Counted from the stretch's first letter, positions 39,256 to 53,213 are shown. The stretch is 64,000 nucleotides of DNA from Mizuhopecten yessoensis (GCF_002113885.1 NW_018408821.1:1238135-1302134); one strand, 5' to 3'. Notes: generated from the letters alone by a model not told the origin. Numbers and translations: made by a program.

Positions 39256-42200
39256 AGCCCTCCATACTTGTTAAGCACTTGGACATTGATAAAAAACATC
39301 AACAGATAATTGGTGGACATGCCGTCAATACAGATTAATAGTAGTTTGCAAAGACAGTGACAAGATGTTAAGCACTGTACTGAGGTTTTGAACTTAATTA
39401 TGACCCCCTAAAACAACGGGATCTTGTTTGACATCAAAGCATTTCCTTTCATATAATCACTTACCAACCACTATCAACAGGGATGTTTCAGATCACCTCC
39501 ATCCAATAGCACATGTCTTTATTATTTGGGAGCGGTTGGATAACGGAAAGCATAGTCCGGAAAGAAATCTATCAAACATATCTTAATTTCACATTGCATC
39601 TTTACTATATGGTCAAAGACTATCTGCTTGTGTCGTGAATGGATGCTTATGAACTTTGGTAAACGCAAATAATTCGCGTTGATTTCTTTCTTTATTTTTT
39701 ATTTGTTTACACTAAACTTATTGTAATTAATATTTTCATATGGGTTTAAAGCATTGTTTTTCAATTGTTTTAATGCAACCGATATGTCATTTGCTTAAAG
39801 TAACAAGAATTCAAATTCTTGAAGTTAGCGCTTTGGAAGTATGAACCGATCCTTAGCCTGGAATGTTTAATGATCCTGGGATATGGTTCTTATGTTTCAG
39901 GATCAGATAAAATACGACTAAGTGACCTGTAGGCTGGATATATTACCAAAGCTTGTGTTTGTGTCTGACATTCAATCACAGGTCCATCTCGACATCGGAA
40001 ATAGACACAAAATGAAGTCAGTCTCGCTTTCTTCCTTTTTGTTTCAGGCATGCCTTTAGGTATTCTCCAATAATAAGCTCGATGTTCAGAATGAAATGGT
40101 AGTTAGTACATAATTGAGGTTATATCTCAAAACCATTCTTTGTAGTGATAACTAAATACTACGATATCACTACGAACTAGACACTTAATCAACGTAAGGT
40201 ACACAACTGATTTATTGGGGTATGTGGTATGTATACATACATGTACAAGATTATCGACATATTTACTATTTCACATTCACACATTACTATGTCTCTTCGC
40301 TCAGTCCATCAAAAGAACAAATATGAGATACAAAACTTAGTCATGTGAATAACACTTATATTACAAGTGAAATAAATATTAGATATGTTCGGCAAATCTT
40401 TATAAGCCTAGAAAATTTGATAAAAGGATTATTATCTTGTTTTTGATAAACTGTCCGCATAGATAAATTCTGCCATCTGTGGGGAGTCACGATAATTTCT
40501 GTTGGCCAGGTGTCTTATATCATTAGCTGTCATTTACATCACTGTTTCAATAACACTTTGCATCCTTATGATCAACATCCAGGCGTTTTAGAGATGGAGC
40601 AATGTTGTGTTGTTTTATGCATTTTAACCAAACATGTGTTTATTGGTAAATTGTCAAGAATTGCATTGAAGCCTTTTTTTGTGATTTCAAAATCAAATCA
40701 AAGCTTATAAATTGCTTCCGACATCTCAAAGTGTGATGTAGATAGGATTTGTAACAGGCGACTATATTTTTTCCAGTATGTTTAGCACTTTGACTAAAAC
40801 AATGTATTAAAATATATAAACATACATCATAGGGACGTTTTAAAACTCGATTTGCGTCTGAAATATATTGAAATATACACAGTGGTATTTCAACACAATA
40901 GAATTTCTCTAAGCGTCAATTGAATGAAGAATGCGCAATGAACCCTATGAAAAACAATGAAACCATGAGTGCATATTACGACAAAGTGAGTTCCAAAGGC
41001 CTCGTGTTCAATTGAAGTAAAGCTACTTTTGGTTATGCACGTGCGATGGAATAAGCGAAAAAACAAGAACGCGGCAGATTAAAGTGGCAAATGCGATTGT
41101 ATGACTATATTATGTTTGCATATATCAACGTCAGAGTCGGAGAAGCACAACATTAAAATACTGACATGCTATGTTAAAAGCAGCTGTTTTGTTTATTCAC
41201 AGAGTACCATTAAGCCAGAATATATTATTGCCATTATCGCTATTATTCAATATTAGTCCAAGCCCTTTTCCGTAGAAGTATTCGATATAACCCACATCAG
41301 GTGATGTATTTTACAGTATTGCAGCAATTCTTCACGGAAGTTTGATTATTTTAAAAATATTAAAAAACATGACAAAGATTATAAAAACAATCAACAAAAT
41401 CAAAAGAAAAAGGGCACCAAAAAGAGAGATACATACACTGACAACGCGAGAAAATATTTGACAAAAAACCAACAGTTGTTTTCTTTTTTGTTCCATCTTC
41501 TACAGCTAAGAAAATACACTCTGATTTGAAACCATGTTTCGGCATTGTAACTGACACCCGGAACTTCATGGTGTTAGGAATGATACGTGTAAATACATAT
41601 AGAATCTCGTGATGATGGGCTATTGTTTTATCTAACTTTCATTATTTACATATACATGTATCACAGTATCTTCAGATGTGATCTACGTGACATATTTGGT
41701 AAGTCGTCAGAAAAAAATCGAAATACTTAACAAAGAAATTGTTATTCATGAAAGTGATTTATATTCTGATTCTTGACATTTTCCTATGAAATATTTCGAT
41801 ATCTGTCCATGCTGTTCACATCCTTACGTCAGTGACGAACATAGGATCTTCTATCAAATAATAACACTTAACGCCGGAGACATTCCGTTGTTGATTACTA
41901 ATCCAATCATCAAAAAGAATGACGTTTTAACCTTTCCGATATGCTGCATAATAATTTGTCATTTGTGAATAATGACGTCAAAAGCAGACCAGCATAGGCG
42001 GCATTGTTTTTTGATGCTGGATTAATATTCCCATTTGGTGTCATTTTGATAATATTGAAAAAGTAGTGACTCCACTCGTCTCACTGTTTTATTAGCCTTT
42101 TCAGTTACATTTGTAGTTTCAGTATACTATGTCTCAATTCATGTTGAAGATGAGTGCCAAACAGCGCGGTAACGAGGGTATCACCGGCAAGAACAAGACC

Positions 42201-44330
42201 CTGTGTATGAATATTGACCACGCGAAACCAGGATAGTTCATATATCATAACTTAAACTAGCTAGGTAAATGTAGACGGATACAGGTAGATAAACCTTCGG
42301 GTTCCGATAAATATCCTGTGAAAAACACAAGCGAGGTAACTAAACTGAAGCAGTCACGGAGTAATCGCCAGATGTTGTAACGAAAGCCTCGCCGCGACAT
42401 CCAGACGACTTAACAGTCTTCTGATTATTTAGGAATGCAACAAATACTCGATCCATAATGATGAAAATATGGATATCCTAAGACACTCCGGCCGAAAGCT
42501 TTCAACCTGATGTCTTCTGATTTTCGCCAATTTCTACTATAAAGTTTGTGTTCTAATATTTTTCTAAACAAGGATGTGAGTGTGTTATCGCTATAGTAAC
42601 TATTATCTGTTTTCATTTCTCGCAACCTTTATATAACGATATCACAGTTCCGTTTTTGAAACGTGTCGGATTTCTCCCTCATTACAATGATGTTGAACAA
42701 TTTAGATACGAATTCAATTAGTTTTTCCTTACGCGTATTGACAATACTCACTTGCAAATTGTCATAAACCTGAGATTTCTCTGACTGTTGTCTTTCATAG
42801 CGCGCCTGATATGTCAATCCGAATTTTGCTTATCGCTGCCAGCAAGACGTGGACTAAGAGAGATTACTCTTATTCTTTCTTTTCAACTTAAAAAGATTAG
42901 TTATCATGTCTTCGTTTAGGATCCCCATAACACAGCAAAACCTGTAAAATTGCATAGGGAACTCCTTTTCTAACCTGACAATAGCTTGGATAAATTACTG
43001 AAGATAATAAGAATCTTACCTTGCGGAATTCTTGTGTGTTTTGAGCTTAAAATTATAAAGATTCGAACCCTGCACCTCCTAAGGCTGGCTACCTGGTCAT
43101 CAGAACAACCCTGACCCAGTCGCACTACATATCTTTCTAAAACGAAAGCAAGTGGGGTTACGGATTGGACGAAAAACCACACTCGATCTCTTTAGTGTTT
43201 TGCTGATTGGGGACAGGGATATTTAAGTTCACTCGTGATATTTGGTTTTGAAAATAAGCATTAAGAAGCAAAAGTATCAAAATATTAATTACTTATATAT
43301 ATTTATTGACATTGCTTAACGATAGTTGTTTTGAAGTATATGAGATAAACTTTCGGATATATTTCATTTTGTTTGTAAATAACATGAAATCTCTAATATA
43401 ACCTGATGACTCAGGTCAGTTTAAATGGACTTTTGAACTTCAGAAAATGACGTAGGGGGTGGTAGAAATTGATATAAAGCTTACTGTTTTGAGAAGATGA
43501 AAACAATCTGATAGTCAGAATGAATAAAAAAAAACCGGAGTAACTTTAGGCAAGTATGTTTTACGTAAGTGTTATCTACTGTCCGAAGGGGAAATACTAA
43601 ATATAGAAAGCTACCCGTATCTATGTATCTTCTCATACCGTAGTATCTCCATATGGAATATAATCTTTATATCAACCACTCTTTTCTATTTACTATATTC
43701 GTGTATGACTTGTCACACTATGTAAAATATTCAAGTGTTATTTTAGAATTTTATTTTTGTATGTTCTTTGTGAATAATGTTAAAATAAATGGTTATTCAT
43801 TGAGGAAAACCTTAATTATGAGCAGTTACTAAATCTTTTACAGTATATCCATTGGAATTAATTTGAGGTGTTGCCCAAAATCTTAAGCTCAGAAAAAAGT
43901 AGATTTTTGCACGTGCATTGCATCTGGTATTAATGTATAAGAATTGCAATAGCGGTTCTGCATGTTTACTAATTTCTGACAACAAAAATGTAAAACTACT
44001 TTTCTTCTAAGATTGAGACAGTTTTACTTTCACTGTCGAGCGGAGCGAGGCAAAGAATGTTTTTTTTTTTTTGAAGATGTTATACTAAACTGTTTCAAGT
44101 TGTATTTTAAATTGGAAAAAATGTGGATTCTTGGTTAAAATGTTTTCAAATGTAAAGGGGGGGGGGGGGCTTTTTCGTAGATTCAGCTCATAATCCCTTT
44201 TAACTTTGGAACCGATGAGTCGAAAGAACTTGAGTTTGAACTTGACATGTACATGTGGTTTAGGCGAGCATTTTGGCAATTCAATATTAATTTATTTTGT
44301 CATAAATATGAAATATGATTTAACTGTTTA

Positions 44331-45027
44331 ACCTCAATCATGAACAAATTATTGGCTGAGTCAAATATTCCATTGTGTCTATAGAAGGCACATGTTAGAC
44401 CATTAGTGAAGAAGCCTGGATTGGACAAGAAGAATATGAAGAGTATCAAATCTCCCTTTTTTGTCTAAGATCTTGGAGAAGGTTGTGTCCCGGCGTTTAG
44501 AGGTTCATCTCCATGCAAACAGTCTCCATGAAACCTGCAATCGGCTTACCGCATGCGACACTCTACTGAAACAGCCCTCCTACGTGTACATAGCTTCTGC
44601 ATTGGATAACAAGCGCAGAGCGGTGCTTGTCATGCTGGACTTGTCATCTGCAATTGAAGTCATCGACCATGTCATACTATATAAATGTCTGGAGTACTTT
44701 TACGGAGTGAATGACGACGGTGTGTTGCCATCAGATCTACCACCTCACATGACACAGTACTAGTGTTCTGGGTTCCTCAAGGGTCGGTGTTAGCACCAAA
44801 AACATATTGCCTGTACTCCAAACCGATCGGAGAGATTTGTCGTCGCCATACCCTTTGCTTTCATTGCCATGCTCGTGACACACAAATTGACATGGTCATC
44901 AAACCACAGGATAGCTGGGATACAATTTCAGAAAATCTGGAAACTTCTCTGACAGATATCAGTACCTGGATGAACGTCAACATGCTAAAGCTTAATCAGT
45001 AAAAGACGGAACTATTCCTACTCGAAA
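44331..45027 (+). mobile_element. Decayed L2/CR1-group LINE reverse transcriptase fragment
   Basis: Motifs KAHVRPLVKKPGLD, SKILEKVV, LVMLDLSSA, VPQGSVLAP, HARDTQ (degenerate YADD) and WMNVNMLKLNQ*KTE, with stops and frameshifts. Confidence 0.9.
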
Positions 45028-47050
45028 GAGAAAACGTTGTTATGTCTCTAAACGAAATAGGAGTATTTAACTCATCTAAAATTATAACATTATCATTCTC
45101 ATTGTCTATTTTGTCGTTGTGTCCAAAGTCAACTCGAGAATTTGTTATATTTTTGAAATACTCAATTAAATGGTCCATTAAAATTTTAGGTGGATTGCGT
45201 TTTTTCTTTACAATCTTTTTATAAAAATATCTAGGATAATGTTTTCTCAAATACTCCATCATGTCACCCTTCATGCTAAAGTATTTTTTTCTTTGTCATC
45301 ACATTGCGTGTTTTGTTGAATTTGCATTACTATCACTTCATCATTAAACCAGGGGGCTAGTCATCCTTAGTCTCTACAGTCAGACATCTAACATTTTCAA
45401 CATGGGTATTCTTAGCACACTGATCATATACAGTTTTACGAAAGAAAGGTTCCATTAATTCTTGTAATACCTTAAACTTCTTTACACTGGAGTCGATGGA
45501 TTCCTGATTTAATTCCCCTCAAATCTGGACATGTTCCTTAAGCTTGTCAGAATTTATATTTAATGACTCTGTGACTCCATATATATTTCGGACTGTCCTT
45601 CCCGTTACATTCGCCTTCAGCAGTATCATGTACTGTGGACACAGTCTATCAGACTCAGACACAGAAAGTAAAATAATTTAATGATCCATATATATCTCTA
45701 AATGTGGTTCGCAGACCAAGGTCCACATAGCTTAATTAATCTAGCACTTAGTTATTGGTACCAGGATCTGGGTTTACCCTATTAGGTACATTACAATCAA
45801 CAGAATCAACCAAGTAGTTTAAATAGATTGTCTCTAACTCATGAAAAATGTCACAGTTGTAATGTATATATTACTGCGAGGAACTCGGAGGAACATACGT
45901 AAAGATAACAGTAAAGTCTTTACGCTGGTCACGTATACACTTATCAATAGTCACGGGACGGGTATTTTGGTATCAACAAGAGAATTTCGAACAGAAACAA
46001 AGTTATAAATACTATCGCGTATTAGCAAACTATTTCCACCCCGTTGTGTATATCGAGCTAATTTTCTAGATATAAAAACAGACGTGAAATGGTCAATATT
46101 TACAGTGTAATTGTTTGGGATCCAACATTCGGATAAAACAAATATTTTGTTGTAAGATAGAATCAATTTTCTAAAATCTTGTTCATTGAGCTTCTTATCA
46201 AAACCACCATTAACTCATGATAAAACTGTCCGGAATGATTAGCATCATACGACTCCCCTGACGTCCCTAGCTGGGTGTGGCAGTGTTCCAGAACCCACGT
46301 GCTTGCCACCTGAATAGCGGCCCTTGCCAGCGGCAGTACCTTCAGTACCCCCAACTGGTGCAGGAGCTGAGGTGTAAAGTTTACAATCTATGAATAGTTT
46401 ATCGCGCACCAGCAGATTGTTGTGACCGTTGGCCCTGGCCTGTTTCCTGATCGGGGACAAGTTACGACGTTCGTTCTCAATCTCGACAGGATATAGTTTG
46501 TTTTATACTATAAGGACTTCCACTTAGTTTGAACGCCTGACTTTTAACATGTAGGAGGTCTTTGTAATAAGTAAAACTTGCCACCACAGGTCGCGGCTTG
46601 CCGTGCTTAGTCCTCCCGAAACGGTGAACATTTCCGAACTCAACGTGGTTTTCGACTCCTTCAATGTAATTATCCGTAAAGAAAATCCCGCAACACTGCC
46701 TCCGTGTTCTCCTCCTTGTGTTCCCCGCGCAAACCGCTAAAAATCAAACTGTCCTTCATAGAACGGCAACGAAGGTCGAGAAAGTCATCGTTAATTTTCG
46801 CTTTCTCCCTTGTCATAGCGTCTATGTCCTTTTTCCCTTTATAACTCAGCGGCAGTGTTGTTCTGGACGTCACTCAAAGAAGCCTTGTTTGCGACAACTT
46901 GGCTCTTTACCGAATCAAAAATATCACTCAGTGATTGAGCGCTCTTTTCAAAAGCACGGGACTTTGAATCAGTGACATAAATCTTATTTTCGAGCTCACT
47001 ATTTGTGACTTTCATAGTAGTGGACTTTGTTTGGGCATCACCCTTAGGCA
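45028..47050 (-). mobile_element. Decayed LINE 5' half (ORF1 + APE endonuclease + linker), RTE-X-like (tentative)
   Basis: ORF1-like RCRSMKDSLIFSGL and LVRDKLFIDCKLY, endonuclease start IFVLSECWI, linker PWFNDE and DELNTPIS. Broken off before the RT domain. Confidence 0.8.
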
Positions 47051-47566
47051 TAATAATAATAATAATAATATACAGCATTTATATAGCGCCCTATGTAATT
47101 TGTTAAATTACTCTAAGGCGCTTTCCAACATATGGATAATAGTAATGGTTATAATTGTGAAAACAAACAACAAAGGCTTGCAATCACTTTCATACATTTA
47201 ACAAGCAATGTGCACATAATTGAACAAATAAAAGGGTGGTATTTGCATGACGTCTTTGCAAAGATTCTAAAATGCAGACGTGAAGAGGTGAGTTTTTATG
47301 TCCCTCTTGAACTTGGCCAGGGTATTCGACTTCCTAATAGCAGATGGTAAGCTATTCCACAACGTAGCCGAAACCCTCCCAAAGCATCTGTTTCCGTAGG
47401 TCACAGTACGAGATTTTGGGACACACAACAAAGATTCTGACTCCGACCGCAGTGATCTTGACGGCTGATACAGGGTAACAAGTTCCTGTAGGTACTGAGG
47501 AGCTGTTCCATTCAGTGCCTTGTATGTGTATACCAGAATTTTGTACTGCGACCTGTATCGTACAGG
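47051..47566 (-). mobile_element. Young 5'-truncated L2 LINE 3' end
   Basis: Uninterrupted frame PVRYRSQYKILVYTYKALNGTAPQYLQEL...RSLRS...LWNSLP...FKRDIKTHLFTSAF*, followed by a 3' UTR with GCGCTATATAAAT and a (TTA)n tail. Confidence 0.9.
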
Positions 47567-47699
47567 AAAATCTTCAAAAACCTTGGTCCAAATTATTTTT
47601 GGACACAGAAAAAAGTGTGTTGCCCTACAGTCAAGTAAACATGGTATTGTATTCAGAATAATAAAATGAGATGCGTTTCCAATTCAAGTTTAGTAGTTA

Positions 47700-48220
47700 C
47701 TTGTACCGCGTTTTGAGCCGTGGTCACATCTTACGGTCACGCACGTAGTTGACTGTAGTGGGGGATGACGGTAGTTGACTGTAATACTCCGTATACGTAG
47801 GTGACCTTAGTTAAACGTAGTATATGGAGTTTGACATAATTCACTGTAGTAATAAACGTAGTTTGAACTTCAAGAAAGCCATGATTTGGCCGTGGTTAGC
47901 CAAAAAATGTTCAACATATTCAAAGAGTTTGGATGCCAATACCCTACTGTGACTGTACTCTGAACGTACATGTAGTTGACCCTACTTGACCGTAGTGTTT
48001 ACCATAGTTGACCGTAATAACACGGCACTACGTACGGTTAACACAACGGCCAAGTAGGGTCAAAAAAGGAAAATTACTAGGGTTAGTCTACCTTTGAAAA
48101 ACGTTCACAGTACGTTCAAAGTACTGTTTAGTACGGTTAACTAGGGTCAACTAAGGTGAAGTAGGGCTACGTAATGTTGAATTTAGGAGTTAGGGTTAGG
48201 ATTAAGGAACTACGTTCAGT
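47700..48220. repeat. Degenerate CGTAGTTGAC-rich repeat, motifs in both orientations (probable DNA-element interior)
   Basis: Many GTAGTTGAC(C/T)GTA copies on the left and reversed ACGGTTAAC/GGTCAACTA copies on the right. Confidence 0.5.
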
Positions 48221-50520
48221 GTATAACAACAAAGTTTGATTGTACGATAAATGTTTATATTACATAATACAGGCTATTTCCGTGCAATATTGCCGTTCAA
48301 TAAAACGATATAGCACACGTACAATAAACATGCAAATGAGTCTTGTCACCGTGGGAAACAGGTCATATTCTTACGCACTACAACTTCTTCGTTTGTAAAC
48401 AAAATGGCTGACCGAGCACTGGGAGATTAAAATTTACAAACGAGTTTAATAAATTCAATAGTATATACACACGAGTGTAAGCTTCACACAAATTCAACAC
48501 ATGCATGTTCTAATTCCAATTGAACTTCTCCGACATGCACACACTTGTAACCGGTCAACTTCATCAGTGTTCCAGCTTCATAGCGGATTCCACAGTATCT
48601 TTTCTGGCTCAGTGACAGGTGGAAACATCGAGGTTCACATTCACAAACAACCCTCTCCAATGGAATGCGCTTGTGTTATAGAGAGTGACAATCACTCCAG
48701 CCCCTTTAAACTTTTAAAAAATGCAGACTTCGATGTGTATTGTGATGACCTTTACCCTGACAGTGCACGCGCCGTTGTGCCAAATATGTGACGTCACTGC
48801 TATTTTCTTAAACGCCAATTCGTTGAATTGTTTTCGTATCAAAAATGAGTGTTAATGTTGTTATGATAATTATTAAAATATTGGTTGATGAAGAAAACAC
48901 ACATGATTGTTTGTTCATTGAAAAGGTTCTCGGGAAGAAGTTTCTGAAACTATTTTTGTGGCGCAGCGAGCTCCAAACAAAATCCATGTAATGTGTCCTT
49001 TCGTCAGCCATCGGTACAATTTATATAGAGGAGACGTGTCAAGAAAAAGAGTTAATGTCATAAGCATGGGTATTGTCAAAAACATCAGTTTTAATTTATT
49101 AAACAAATATATATAACAATATTGTTGCCAGTAGGCTGTTGAATTCTTTCATTTTGATAAAACGTATATCTTTCACACCGTTACATGTATCAGAATGACA
49201 CTACAGCTGTAAAGATGCAAATTAAGCGACGATACAATAGACGGTTGCTTTGGTTCATCTTTGTGACGTACACCAAGTCGTTTAGTTAAATCCATAACTG
49301 ATATAATTTTAGTTCGTATATCTTTCTGATTAACAGAAGAATACGGTAGAAACGTTTTGAATAGTCAATTATAAAATGGAGCGCATCCTTGTTGTTATCA
49401 TGACGACATTATTTAAGTGCGCAAAAAAAGTTCTTTTCGCTCTTTTTCATTTTATGTCTTTATTTGGCAAAAATGCAATCCAATATTACATGCCATAGTC
49501 CTAAACTATTAAATATTAAGGAAAAGACATTTAAATACCGTCTGTGGTGTATATCATGTATACCCCTCAGGCTTTTTCATGAAGTTCACAAGGACTAGCT
49601 AGGTCAGGGACGGCTGTGAAACGTCAGCGTCTCTTATATTGAGTTATGCATATACACTGAGAACATAATAGACACATAATCATTAAATGTAATACATTGG
49701 AATGCAGGAGGCCTAAAACCCGAAATTCCGGAATCCAACGTCCCTCGGATGCATTACGTGTTTCACCAATCGACAGGACGTCATTGACCAGATTCACACA
49801 CTAAATATTTCTAATAAACCTACAGGCTCTGACACGATGCACCTTATCATTGGATGGAGCACACCAAGATTGTTTGAAGGGACTCAAGAGTCTGTTTTCT
49901 TTGATTTTTTATTTGTGATCAAACACGAGATTTCATTGGTCGTAATAGTTTGCGACTGTATAATCACGTTTTCACTTGCGTATAAGGCCCAGATGGTGAG
50001 TGTTTCAATTGACACCAATGACCCCAACTGACCCCGACAAATCATGAAATTGCTGACTAATAAATCCATGTTAATGACGTCACCATTCCACCTCAGAGTA
50101 GGTATATATTTATAGATATAACGGATAGGTTAACCTGTAACACATATTGCCTGGAGGGACGTGATCACCGGACCCTGCACACCTGACCAGCACAGGTGTA
50201 GTATTTCTCACTTTACCTGTCACCGTTATCTGAGGACATCGTCCCCATCACCGCGTGGCGGTTATGGTCTCGTTAACGGGGAAACGTCAAAATGGTAAGT
50301 TTTGGGGATACACAGGGAGGGTTAGACTGGCCACCGTCTCTAGAATATTGAACAATCAAGAAAACAACTTTAACTCTAAAAAAAACATGATCACTTGGAT
50401 GTCTCATTCTAGAATAGAAAAGATATTTCGACCCACGTGCGACATGTGTGTGAAAGTGACGATTTGTTTTTAAAATATCAGTTTAATATGGTGACTCATT
50501 TGTGCCATTTCGTTATTTCG

Positions 50521-50779
50521 CCCAAGGGGTGTATAGTTTTGTATTGAAACTTTGTATAGCCTTTTCGAGGCGAAAAGACGAGATGACGACAATTTAGATA
50601 CAAATATAATGTCGCTATTTTGCCCCGAAATAACGAGATTTTAAATTATAGAATGTCGTTGTTTCGTTATTTCGCGGCGAAATAACGACATTATATTTGT
50701 ATCTAAATTGTCGTCGTCTCGTCTTTTCGCCTCAAAAAGGCTATACAAAGTTTCAATACAAAACTATACACCCCTTGGG
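50521..50779. mobile_element. Foldback MITE, ~116-bp arms
   Basis: CCCAAGGGGTGTATAGTTTTGTATTGAAACTTTGTATAGCC... is mirrored by ...GGCTATACAAAGTTTCAATACAAAACTATACACCCCTTGGG with few mismatches and a short spacer. Confidence 0.9.
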
Positions 50780-51565
50780 ATAACCCTGTGATGTATTACG
50801 CCTCAGGACTATGGCTATTACATAGGCAGTCGCAATAGTGCCGAAAACTGCATGATATTTTTCTTATGATTCAGCAAGTAGTCTGGAAGATAAACTTGAC
50901 AGTTATAACTTATGTTGATTATTGTATGAACATATATATATATATAAATATATATTGCCACCCTTTCTGTCTCTTACATACGCTCTTCTGATTCAGTATA
51001 ACCTATATAGGCGACATGTGACGCAATAAGTATGTAGGTTTCTTTTATTTACCATGTTTTTATGTCTCTCATTGCGATATGTACATTTTCTATGTTAATG
51101 CTATTCCAATCAATGGTTTCAATTTTCAATTTTGTTTGAAACATTATCTTTTTAACCATTGTTTGGATAATGCACATGGTTATTGATATAGCGTTTCTAC
51201 CACGCTTATTGTAGTGATTCTTCTTCTGTTATTCTTTAAAATCTTTTAATTTTCATTTCGATTGCGTTGACACAGTACTTCTGCTTTTCGTGTTTAGGGT
51301 AGGCAATCTTGTGCCCATCTTCCTATATCAATCCAGTTTTTAATCATGAAACCCAGTCTCATTGAAACTTTATTAATTCCAACAAAATCAATGTTTTGTT
51401 CCAGTTTTTTGGAGAATAATGAATATCAATTTTTTATAAGGAGAAGATTAACAAAATTCAAATTTTTAACTTTTTGTTTCCCTTTTTGGAGTCAAGAGAA
51501 TGTTTCGATTCATCTATATAACAAACTTTCAAGTGTGATACCAAATTAGGTATGAATGAGGAATT

Positions 51566-52154
51566 TACGATGGCCGATAACAGCCGACACGAAACAACTA
51601 CATTATAAGACATTTATGTACATGTACACTATTTAAAAACTGTACATGTACACAAAACAACAACAATATAAGACATTTCTGTACATGTACACTATTTAAA
51701 AACTGTACATGTACACAAAATAACAACAATATAAGACATTTATATACATGAATATTAATTAAAAACTGTACATGTACCCAAAACAACTACAATATAAGAC
51801 ATTTATGTACATGTACACTATTTAAAAACTATACATGTACACAAAACAACAACAATATAAGACATTTATATACATGAATATTAATTAAAAACTGTACATG
51901 TACACAAAACAACTACGATATAAGACATGTATGTACATGAACACTATCTAAAAACTGTACATGTAAACAATACAACTACAAGTGCTATTTACATTCCTTA
52001 ACGGTTCGTGTCAACTTGATATTTCACACGTGCCTGATACGGCGGTTAATAAACGACAAGGAAATAACTAAATTTCCCAGCAAAAAAACAGTGTACATGC
52101 ATATACATATCTTATATTGTAGTTGTTTTGTGTCGGCTGCTTTCGGCCATCGTA
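51566..52154. mobile_element. TIR element carrying an internal 63-bp tandem array
   Basis: ~60-bp imperfect TIRs (TACGATGGCCGA..CAGCCGACAC.AAACAACTACA and TGTAGTTGTTTTGTGTCGGCTGCTTTCGGCCATCGTA). About 6 tandem 63-bp units at 51595-51980. Confidence 0.85.
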
Positions 52155-53213
52155 GGAATGAAATGCATAGCAAATTCAACAATACGTTGTATCATAGTTA
52201 TTGCATCTGAAAAAATCGAAAAATAAATATCAATATCAATGTCAAAGCCAAACAAAGTAAAGATGTTGCTGCATTACATAGCCATTTCGTCAATTAAGGT
52301 TCATCAGTGGGACGCCAGGTCAACTTCAGATATATTTTTCCAAATCAAGTAGTTCTCCCCTACGATTTTTATATCATATGATACATATCAAATACAGCGG
52401 TCATAATACATATGTAGTCGTGTATGCTTTTGTATGATGTGCGCGTGTGTAAAACTAAACGCAGGCATACACACATAGGGAGATATTGGCCAGGTGGTAA
52501 AGGACTAGTAGTTAGCGCCTGATACAGACAGCTCCTGCGATTTCCTCCAAAACTATATTGATTTATGTACATGTATATGCTAATTGTATTGATTGTATTG
52601 GTTGTATATCTATGTACTGTAAAGCTCCTTACAGCTATTTGGCCTATTTTAACTACATGTAGATAGGGTGGTACATTTGTTTATCAAATGTTGTGTATTA
52701 GTATTGTATTTTTCATTATAAAAAAAATATATATGCTTTTTACGTGGAACACAATTTTTATGTTCAACATCGCTCATTAGATTAAACTAATGTTATTCGA
52801 TTGATTGGTTGATGATGACGAATTAATTCATCACTATTGCAAAGGGCTTATTAATTTCATCCTGGAATTATGCTGAAATGATGATTAGGAAAACTAAAAA
52901 GACAAGAAGTCCTTCGGAAGCCTTCAGCATAATCATACGTGAACATAAACGTTTTGTAAAAATAAATCTCGTTTTCTAAAAACAAACTTTTTCAGTTTGG
53001 TATATTGATAGGTTAATATTGGACGCCTGCGTGACTGTTTCATGTAGAACATATCGCCTGCAGTATAAATAAAGCCTTACTGGCAAGGTGTTTTCCATTG
53101 TAATTTTAATAACGAAATACTCCAAATATGGTCGACAAAAGACTTTCTAGTACCAATACATTCTTCTTGATTTGTTTTGTCGTTTCCATGTGATGATGTA
53201 ACACTAAATGGGG

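Noticed and set aside
48188-48202. TTAGGGTTAGG telomere-like motif
   Set aside because: Fewer than two full units, too short to call an interstitial telomeric repeat.
52285-52307. Minus-strand CTGATGA...GAAA hammerhead-like core
   Set aside because: Stem II does not pair and stems I and III are not evident. At best a decayed relic.
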